Assembly: GCA_010909165.1 (NCBI GenBank)
Contig: VJWM01000397.1
Coordinates: forward strand, 1 to 20,130
Origin: Anthoceros angustus
Lineage: Eukaryota > Plantae > Anthocerotophyta
Reading direction: 5' to 3'
DNA: 20,130 nucleotides
How positions within the stretch are numbered: the stretch's first letter is position 1; each line of letters begins with the position of its first letter. Both the position numbers and the translations under genes were made by a program. The notes below the pieces were generated by a model, which worked only from the letters and a program-made list of their open reading frames with translations, did no database searches and was not told the DNA's origin. This document shows, in pieces, positions 9,425 through 17,879 of the stretch.

Positions 9425-10644
9425 TTACTGAAATGATCTTCCCATTCTTGGTGCTCCTGCTGCTGGGGAATGTGCAAGAGGAAGAAATGCAGCTGCTCTT
9501 GTCCGAAGTCGCTCTGCGACCGGGTCGTCCGTGCAGCACAGACAACAGATGGTTCCCATTTCTCCCTGTCCCCGGGTTATATTCCCTTGCAGGGTGTGCC
9601 CCATCAGGGCCTGCAGTTTGCTATGCCCCATCATGTGAAAGCGAACATGGGATCGGGCATGGAATCCACCTCCGTCCAAGCCATGCGCGCCAAGTCCATT
9701 TCCCATATCTGAAGACACTGCCTGACACCAAAAACAGCTTTTCCATGCGCACCGACGACGGCGCAAAGCAGCCGGTCCCGCACGTTCATGAGGTTGGAGT
9801 AGTGAACTTCTTCGAGGCGTCTCACATCAGGCTTGGCCACGACCAACAAGCTCCAGATGGCCGCTTCCAGATCGTAGGCCAACAAATTGCCGTTCTCGGT
9901 AAAGCAGTAGAGCACGGTGCCGACAAAGACTCCTGCCCGGCCACCACAATTGGGGAAGCCTCCAAAAGGATGGGCTCGCGATGGTTTGTCACACTCCAGC
10001 TCCCAAGCGCGGAGTCGAACACAATTGTCCGGACGGGACTTCCGTGCCAATCGTTCAACACCACCAGCTTGAAGCACTTGGCCAGGGTCCACAAACAGGC
10101 CCTGCACATCCCGGATCCCTAGCTTACCATCCGGGAACTCTGGCAGCGAGGCCCAGGAGCTGGAAACCGGGTTGCCGATGTGTGGGACGACCAAAGGCTC
10201 CTCCCCCATCCACTTTACTTCCAGCTTAGCCAGCAGCACGCCGCCGCCCGCCAACGCCAGAAAGCGCTCCACAGTCACAGTCCCTCTGTTCAACAACTCC
10301 CGCTCCGAGAGCGAGACTCGGTGCGGGAACGCGTCCAGTGAGGCCTGGTCCGGTAGGGTTTGCAGCCATGGCGGGAGTTGGAGCTTGTACCAGCGGTCCC
10401 TGGTCGTAGGTGCAGTAGGCCAGAGCCTCGCTACATTTGCAGACGCCTGCCACAAACAGCATCGAATCCCGCGCCCTGCTCCTGATTCCAGCCTCTCCTG
10501 CAACAAGCACGAGGACTCCACGGCCGCGTTCCACGCTCTGCACCGCGCGCCAGCGCACCAGGCTACCAGCGGCAGCTGAGCTTGGATCTTGAGTATCACT
10601 TCATCCGGCAGCCCGCTCAAGGGAACCTCCTCCTCCTCCTCCAT
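9425..10644 (-). pseudogene. F-box protein A (F-box + kelch-like/F-box-associated C-terminal region); N-terminus trimmed by the duplication junction, C-terminus replaced; possibly still coding
   Basis: MEEEEEVPLSGLPDEVILKIQAQLPLV...CRAWNAAVES is an F-box motif starting at ATG 10644. Downstream are LYCFTENGNLLAYDLEAAIW and WEMDLARMAWTEVDSMP. Relative to copy B it lacks ~420 bp of 3' coding sequence, with ~61 bp of unrelated sequence (9511-9571) in its place. Confidence 0.8.
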
Positions 10645-11679
10645 GTCGGACCTTGAGCACGTGAGCGTATTGTATGCATGCATGCAGCCTGCACCCGTCT
10701 GAGTGGTGCACGAATGATCCCTCAGCAATCCTGCCGAAGGCAATCAGATGCAGGTTAGGTCGACAACACAAGGCCCCGTAAGTTCCCGAGCAGCATATCC
10801 GAAGTGTCAGAAAAGTTGGAACAGCCTGGACCACTCGATGTGGTGTGGCGACAGATAACGATGTGGTAGGGTCAAGGCAACCTCGCATGAGAAAAGATGT
10901 GGCGAACCCCAACACATGAAAGGCAACCTCGTGAATCATGTGGGCATGCATGCACGGTGCAGCAACCTGAAGACCCTTCAATGCTGTCGCCTTTGTTCAT
11001 CATGGCGGTGCCTGGACATGTCCGGTCGACATTGAATACAAAGAGGTGAAATGCTTGCTTGTGATCCAGATCCATGCAGGAAAATCCTTACATAGGACCA
11101 TGATTCGATCGTTCTCACTTCTCACCCACACCCTCCACCCTACTTGTTGAACACTCGTGATATCTGTCTTCTTTTACAGGACAAGGGAGTGGAGAAAAGC
11201 TGCAAAAGGAAGAGCAATTAAGTGTAAAAATTAATAATTTAACGATAGGTACAGAAAGCAACCCAATAGAAAAGAAAAATGCAACCTCACCAGCCCTGGT
11301 TTGACATCCGTCAGTCGTTTGCTGGTTTTAAGAAGGACGGTGAACGTTCTCCGCAAAGTGAGGGGTGCATTGGACATATCCGTTGGTGCGGTCGTGCACG
11401 GCTTGGCTATCCTGACGTTTGTGGTATCTTTGGAGCACACTTTCTTGAGTCGGAGCTGCAGATTGCAATAACGCCTTCATAATTGAGAGGGGCTGCGTGT
11501 GCTGTTTTAGTCGTCACGAATACACATTCTTTAGTTGAGTGAATCGCTCGCGCTCCTGCTACCCGCTACCAGCTGTGGTCTCACCGATCGATTCGAGGCA
11601 GCGTATACAGCTGTCAGGATAAGTGGCCTGCAAACTCTAGGGCTCCATCCCGGGCCCCGATCCGGAGGTCCTGCCATCG

Positions 11680-11687
11680 GTATTTAA
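11680..11687 (+). promoter_or_regulatory. TATA-like box (TATTTAAA) upstream of secreted-protein gene 2
   Basis: It is at the paralogous position to 6469-6476. Confidence 0.45.
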
Positions 11688-11817
11688 AGAGCTGCAGCCT
11701 GCTTCAAACCTGCGCAAGCACGTTCGCTGCTTCAGCTCGCGTTTGCTTCCAGATACATCGATCTACACTTACGTCTGTTCGTGTCCATCTTGATCCAGTA
11801 CCCGTTCGACATGGTGA

Positions 11818-12631
11818 CTGCAGCGCCTCACATCGGTCGCCTCGGGGACGGCTGGGACGGCGATCGCCGTGCTGTTGATGATACTATGCGCTGCGCATGC
11901 GCATGCGGATGCGGAGCTCACGATCCGCACCGTGGCTGCTGGCGCGGCTGCACGTAGGAGTGCAGGCTACGTACACACTCGTCATCTGCTCCAGAGCAGT
12001 GGACCCACCAGCTGCGGCGTCACCGCGACCGAGGTGGGAGCCGCCTTCGACGCCTTCCGCTCGGGAGACTGCGCCAACTCTGTTGTAGTGGACTGCTGCA
12101 CCTTCTTCGTGGAAGACCTGAGTACCTGGACCCCAGGCCACCGGGGATTACAGCAGAGCGCGCTGCCCAACTTCAACGAGACCTGCCGCACGGCCGTGCG
12201 GAGCGTGGGCAGGACGGGTGCGCGCTGGTGAGGGACGATCCTGCCACCTTCGGTGTGCTGCAGCCGGACAGGTGCGAGAATCTGAGGGCCGTGCGTCCAG
12301 ACGGCGCCGCCGCCGCCCTGCGACACCAGCGTGGCTACCGTGAACACCGGCGGCCTACGCCTCCTTGCAATCGTGCGGCACCGACGCTTTCACCAGGCAG
12401 TGCACCGACCAGGGAACTGCCAATCCTTACGAGTGCCCGCAGTCGGGTATGTGCGACGACGGCACCCAGTGCAGCTTCGCTCCCAGCCGTGCCGCGGAGC
12501 TCGCTTGCTGCAACATCGCGCGCAACGGGCTCCTCGCTGCCGTGCCTTGCTTGGACGTGTGTGGGATCTATCGCATCAGTGCCCAGGCCAATAACTTCCT
12601 CACAGTCTGTAGCGACGTTAGTAGGTGCTAG
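11818..12631 (+). CDS. Secreted cysteine-rich protein, copy 2 (start codon position is CTG; frameshifted; possible pseudogene)
   Basis: It is paralogous to 6603-7420. The reading is (L)QRLTSVASGTAGTAIAVLLMILCAAHAHADAELTIRTVAAGAAARRSAGYVHTRHLLQS..., all 20 Cys are recoverable, and it ends NNFLTVCSDVSRC-TAG (12629-12631). ORFs 11869-12231 and 12365-12631. Confidence 0.7.
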
Positions 12632-12878
12632 GCGATTGTATCGCGGCCACGCTGCAACCAGCCGCCTCTAGGCCTCAAAACGGAGGAGAGGTGAGCTTGG
12701 TGAATCCGTTGTCGCTGCCTTTGAGGAGCAAGCGATCACATTAAGCCTTGCTCAAGGCTCAAGTATATCATGTCCACAAAGCTAAGCAACGTATCCTGCT
12801 GTTGCACAAAAGGCAACAGCTAGTTAAATAATCAGACATCGGGGTTAAATAAAGTGCCATATATATAGAGTATTTCAG

Positions 12879-12922
<44 letters not shown>

Positions 12923-12928
12923 TATTAT
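12879..12928. repeat. (ATT)n microsatellite, ~16 units
   Basis: Seen directly in the sequence, with one imperfect unit near 12919. Confidence 0.97.
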
Positions 12929-13518
12929 ATTGAGTTCTTCTCTCTCGGACTTCTTACCCTCCTCTGAACAAACATGGTATTTGAGCTTATGCTCCACACC
13001 TGATATGTGAGCGATCATAATATACCGTGAGGAAGGCCGTGAGGAAGGCCTAGCTCCCAACGGCCGTGGAAAACGTGCGCCTCTAATAGATCATGATATT
13101 GTAGCTATCAGTGGAGGACGGTGCATTCTCAAAAAGGGTCAAGATGACATGCTCATGATAAAGGGACTCCCAAAGCATAAGCCTAATAAATATATGGAGA
13201 GTCTATGCCTACTTGATAGGGACACGCACTTATTTAGATTGGTGCGTTGGGTCGGGTTCCCAAAAGTTGGTATATGTTGCAAGCGACAATGTTCTATGCT
13301 CACACTGCGCATCAAGCTCACTGAGACAAGAGGTCTTTTAAAAGTGCACATAATGCACTAATTTAAAGCGAAGCATAGTACAAGTTTGATGAAGCTTCTC
13401 ACCTTACTACACAATCATCCTCTTCTGTTCTCACACGACATATGAGTTTTACATCTACCCATAATCCGGAGTGGCGTTAGAAGCGAGGAGCAACTCCAGC
13501 TCCATGATTTTATTCATG

Positions 13519-14195
13519 CACTACTACGGAGGGTCGGGTTTACAAAACCCCATCCGTCAGAATGTCCCAATCTTTACAACGCGTCAAAACCTCCATTGTA
13601 AATTGGTTTAAGTTTCACCATGTGGGAAATTTTAAAACTCGGTTCTAACGGGGGTTTCTAGTTGGATGATGTGGCACTCTGTTGGGTGCTCATTTACAAT
13701 AATGGATTTACGACGTGGCTCTAGATTACGTTAAAAAGCCTTTTTCTCAAAATTCGAACTTTATTTCACTAAAAATCTTTATTAATATCATTAATACAAA
13801 AATATGATTGGAAGCCATTTACAACAGCATGTGATGACGTGGCTCCTTTGTTGTAGGTTACTTTGTAAAACTTTTTTTCTCAAAATTTATTCTTTATTTC
13901 TTCAAAACTCTTTATTATTGTTATTAATCACAAAAATTATGATAGGAAGCCATTTACAACAGCAATTGATGATGTGGCTTCCTTGTTGTAGATCATTTTG
14001 TAAAATATTTTTTCTCAAAATGTGTTCTATATTTTGTTGAAATTATTTTTTATTATTAATAAAAATATGATTGGAGGCAATTTACAACAGCAATTGATGA
14101 CGTGGCTCCTTGTTGTAGATTATCTTGTAATTGTTTTCTCAAAATGTGTTTTATTTTTCTTAACTCTTAAGATATTATTGCCTCTAGATCTAGAG
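13519..14195 (+). mobile_element. Probable CACTA/EnSpm-like transposon left end with subterminal repeats (truncated, non-autonomous)
   Basis: It begins CACTACTAC at 13519 and is followed by short direct and inverted tttacaa/ttgtaaa motifs, then an AT-rich ~125-135 bp tandem array. No matching right TIR or transposase is in the window. Sequence homologous to unit 1 resumes at ~14210. Confidence 0.5.
13680..14180. repeat. AT-rich tandem array, ~4 units of ~125-135 bp, each with tttacaa(cagc)...ga(c/t)gtggc
   Basis: Units start at ~13680, 13801, 13936 and 14064. The last three also carry the inverted arm tgttgtag after the gacgtggc/gatgtggc core. Confidence 0.85.
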
Positions 14196-14209
14196 ACGCC
14201 AAGTAGCGT

Positions 14210-15280
14210 ACACATTTGGGACAACGCCCACCGATCGGATCAATGCACACACCGCTTCATTGTTCAATTTGAAAGAGATGAGCTGCTGAGATGAACAATG
14301 CCAGCCGTGACTGGTCAAGATTTTGTCAAATCGATCCTAACAATTATTGCCAATGCGATGCGGCACTAAGCTCTAACATCATTGGTCGAAGAACAGGTTC
14401 CCTAACCGATGGCCAAGTTTTCCGAACGAGTTTGTGGGCGGATATTGTTGTGGGTGCCTTGGGGAATTAAAAGGATTTGGTGTTCTGGATCATTGCCTTT
14501 CGTGGGCACAACACAAACTCCTTATCTTCAATTTTGTTAGAAATGATTTATTACAACATATCAAAATATGTTATGAATAGTGCCCTAAAATAGGTTATGA
14601 ATAGTGCCCTACAAATAACAAACTTGTATACTTTTTAGAAAGTCATATATCTTGTAGAAAGTATTTTCAAGAAAGCCCAAGAGTAAAGAGCAAGTCAAGT
14701 GACCGAGTAGCATTCAAAGTCAAGTGACTAATAAGATTTAAGAATGAGGATTATACAAGGCTAAGCCCACCTACATGTGAGATATGGTGTGTGCAAGAGT
14801 ATTTGTGTGCTAAGTACCTAATGTACCTAGTACATATAACTAAATTGTATGGGAGTGTTGTGTTCCCTCTTTATTCAAAGGCTCATCTCTTTTCCAAACA
14901 AATTTTAATTTGGAGCACCCCAGTTTGTCTACACATAATTTTTGCGAGCCTGCAGAGTCAGGGTGGAGAATTGAACCCACCAGTAGCTGGCTGGAAGAAC
15001 ACGAGTGAGAATACGCAGCTGATTGACATGTCCTCGCCTCTCCGTATGGCTGAATACCCAATGAATGTGGTGGAAAAGAACAAGCAGAGGATCCCATCCG
15101 GCCACAAGGTAAATCTGTCACAACGAAGATGGTGGAAGAGATTGTCAAGACAAGCAGAGATCCCATCCGACCATGCTGCAATAAGAACCTTGACAGGCCT
15201 GACAAAAAGTGCTTATACCTCGTTGGAACGATTCAAGGCCAGCTCATGCACAAGTAAAGCGTTACTTAGATTACCGAAAT
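14210..15280 (-). pseudogene. Receptor-like kinase relic, copy 2, interrupted by a solo LTR
   Basis: It is collinear with ~8579-9430 (e.g. gatgagctgctgagatga, gatggccaagttttccg, ttggagcaccccagtttgtctacaca). Confidence 0.6.
14535..14900 (+). mobile_element. Ty1/copia solo LTR (366 bp) with AATTT target-site duplication
   Basis: The ends are TGTTAG...AAACA, with AATTT at 14530-14534 and 14901-14905. It is homologous to the LTR at 19437-19870, which adjoins a PPT and copia RNase H. The empty site is visible in unit 1 (~8920-8930, gcaattttggagcacc). Confidence 0.9.
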
Positions 15281-15408
15281 GATGATCTTATTCTTGTGCT
15301 GCTGCTGTGGGAATGTGCAAGAGGAAGAAATGCAGCTGCTCTTGTCCGAAGTCTCTCTTGTCCAGAATCTGTCCATAGAAGAGCTATACCTATCTACATC
15401 TAATGTTG

Positions 15409-16903
15409 CTATAAGTCTTGCACCGATGCTGCTCCTTCCACCCAGCTACCGAATTGCAAAAAAGGATGAAGGCAGTGATAGCTCTTTCTCACAAAATCCT
15501 TGTAGGGCAAGGAGGGGAGCCATCTCCAAGCTCCAGGCGTGTGTCGCAAATCGAGAGCCGCGATTTTATTCAGCTTCTCATGCATGACGTATACTTCGTC
15601 CTGCCCGGCCATGCCTTGCAGGTCCTGCCCGGCCACGCCTGGCATGTCCTGCCCGTCCATGCCTGGCAGGTGGTGCCGCATAATGCCTTGCAGAATGTGC
15701 CCGGCCATGCCTTGCAGAATGTGCCCGGCCATGACTTGCAGGTTCTGCACCATCATGGCTTGCGGGTAGTGACCGGGCATATTCCCTTGCAGGATGTGCC
15801 CCATCAGGGCCTGCAGTTCGCTGTGCCCCATCATGTGAAAGTGAACGCGAAAGCGAGCGAACATGGGATCGGGCATGGAATCCACCTCCGTCCAAGCCAT
15901 GCGTGCGAAGTCCATTTCCCATATCTGAAGACACTGCCTGACACCAAAAAGACCTTTTCCATGCACACCGACGACGGCGCAAAGCAGCCGGTCCCGCACG
16001 TTCATGAGGTTGGAGTAGTGAACTTCTTCGAGGCGTCTCACATCAGGCTTGGCCACGACCAACAAGCTCCAGATGGCCGCTTCCAGATCGTAGGCCAACA
16101 AATTGCCGTTCTCGGTAAAGCAGTAGAGCACGGTGCCGACAAAGACTCCCTGCCCGGCCACCAATTGGGGAAGCCTCCAAAAGGATGGGCTCGCGATGGT
16201 TTGTCACACTCCAGCTCCCAAGCGCGGAGTCGAACACAATTGTCCGGACGGGACTTCCGTGCCAATCGTTCAACACCACCAGCTTGAAGCACTTGGCCAC
16301 GGGGTCCACAAACAGGCCCCGCACATCCCGGATCCCTAGCTTACCATCCGGGAACTCTGGCAGCGAGGCCCAGGAGCTGGAAACCGGTTGCCGATGTGTG
16401 GACGACCAAAGGCTCCTCCCCATCCACTTTACTTCCAGCTTAGCCAGCAGCACGCCGCCGCCCGCCAACGCCAGAAAGCGCTCCACAGTCACAGTCCCTC
16501 TGTTCAACAACTCCCGCTCCGAGAGCGAGACTCGGTGCGGGAACGCGTCCAGTGAGGCCTGGTCCGGTAGGGTTTGCAGCCATGGCGGGAGTTGGAGCTT
16601 GTACCAGCGGTCCTTGGCTAGGTCGTAGGCGCAGTAGGCCAGAGCCTCGCCAGATTTGCAGACGCCTGCCACAAACAGCATCGAATCCCGCGCCCCTGCT
16701 CCCAATTCCAGCCGCTCCTGCAACAAGCACGAGGACTCCACGGCCGCGTTCCACGCTCTGCATACCGCGCGCGAGCGCACCAGGCTTACCAGCGGCAGCT
16801 GAGCTTGGATCTTGAGTATCACGTCATCCGGCAGCCCGCTCAAGGGAACCTCCTCCTCCTCGACCTCCGACCCTCCACTCGCAGTGCTGTTGCCGGAACC
16901 CAT
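15409..16903 (-). CDS. F-box protein B (putative N-myristoylation motif, F-box, kelch-like region with Met/His/Gln-rich repeat insert); few frameshifts in this sequence
   Basis: ATG 16903 gives MGSGNSTASGGSEVEEEEVPLSGLPDDVILKIQAQLPLVSLVRSRAVCRAWNAAVES. ORFs 16043-16918 and 15409-16164 join across small deletions, each filled in copy A. It ends FGSWVEGAASVQDL-TAG. Confidence 0.88.
15603..15835 (-). repeat. In-frame coding minisatellite, 24-27 bp unit (consensus peptide ~MAGHILQG), ~9-10 units
   Basis: The plus strand shows gcccggccatgccttgcagaatgt-type units in tandem. Translation: MMGHSELQALMGHILQGNMPGHYPQAMMVQNLQVMAGHILQGMAGHILQGIMRHHLPGMDGQDMPGVAGQDLQGMAGQD. Confidence 0.92.
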
Positions 16904-17419
16904 GACAAGCAGGTCCAAGTTTCACAAAGGGCGTAGGCCGTGGCTGGAACTTAAATAGGGAAGACTAGTTCAAATTTGTATACATAGCCAAAACTGGAAA
17001 CTGGGGCATTGTGTTTTCCTTCTCTTCAGTGATGATGTCTTGACAAGTAACGTTGCTGCTATCAACACTAGATGTTGGCGGAAAGAGTAGGATGGCCTTT
17101 GCTTCCAGATCAAGATTTGTCAAGATACACATCTCACCACAAATTCGACATGTAGATATGTAGGTACCGCGAACAAAAGTATTCCATCTTCCACCTCACA
17201 GCACCATCAACAGTCCCGCCTTCCCCGGATCATAAAGCTAAAGACCTCGTCCCCAGCAGTTGAATCTTTGCTGCAATTCCTAGACACGTTTTGAAGATGA
17301 GCATGCCCATTCATAGAAAACGCTTGATTGTGACACCTTCAATGCAGTTGCTACCGACCCATCTCCGAACTTACATGGGATTCAACTGTGACTACACACG
17401 CCAAGTTGACTACACGCCT

Positions 17420-17790
17420 ACATCTGTGACTACACGCCTCCTCAAGGACTTCTTCACGGTTGGGAACATGGAGTGGGAGGACCCAGTGATTTCTTCACAT
17501 ATGTATTCTCCGTATGGCTGAATACTCTGCGGTTGCTGGTGGAAGAGATTGATAGAACAAGCAGAGGATCCCATCCGGCCACTGGGTAAACCTGTCACAA
17601 CGAAGATGGTGGAAGAGATTGCGCAGAGGATCCCATCCGACAATGCTGCAATAAAAACCTTGACATGGGTTCTGAGTGACAAAAAGTGCTGATATCTCGT
17701 TGGAGCAATTCAAGGCCAGCTCATGCACAAGTAAAGCTTTACTTAGGTGATAGAAATGATCTTCCCATTCTTGTGCTGTTGCTTCTGTGG
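17420..17790 (-). pseudogene. Receptor-like kinase relic, copy 3 (partial, TM/juxtamembrane part)
   Basis: It matches ~9068-9460 (acacgcctcctcaaggacttcttc, caaggccagctcatgcacaag, gaaatgatcttcccattctt). Confidence 0.55.
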
Positions 17791-17879
17791 GAATGTGGAA
17801 GAGGGAAAAATAAAGCTACTCTTGTCCGAATTGTGGCTCTTGTCCAGAATTTGTCCATAGAAGCGTTATACCTATCTAT

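Larger units (their letters stand above)
5834..10652. repeat. Segmental tandem duplication, unit 1 (secreted-protein gene + RLK relic + F-box A)
   Basis: 5834 ccttgaacacgtgaccgtg aligns with 10651 ccttgagcacgtgagcgta. Collinear similarity continues through the promoter, the secreted gene, the RLK relic and the F-box gene. Confidence 0.85.
10651..16877. repeat. Segmental tandem duplication, unit 2 (secreted-protein gene + RLK relic + F-box B), enlarged by insertions
   Basis: It is collinear with 5834-10652. It has extra sequence at ~10927-11359, ~12860-14205 and the solo LTR 14535-14900, and lacks the counterpart of ~7700-8575. Confidence 0.85.

Noticed and set aside
9421-10579. Long plus-strand ORFs opposite the F-box genes (also 15418-16287, 16185-16628, 18157-18927, 18955-19605)
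   Set aside because: These are antisense shadows of GC-rich F-box coding sequence. The F-box motif fixes the coding strand as minus.
10927-11359. ~430-bp segment present only in duplication unit 2, with splice-like signals and short ORFs
   Set aside because: No identifiable protein or TE ends. I cannot tell an insertion in unit 2 from a deletion in unit 1.
12875-13060. ORF ending in poly-Ile
   Set aside because: It is a translation artefact of the (ATT)n microsatellite.
13139-13361. Short ORFs, faint resemblance to a LINE zinc-finger region
   Set aside because: The required Cys/His spacing is not present; too degenerate to call.
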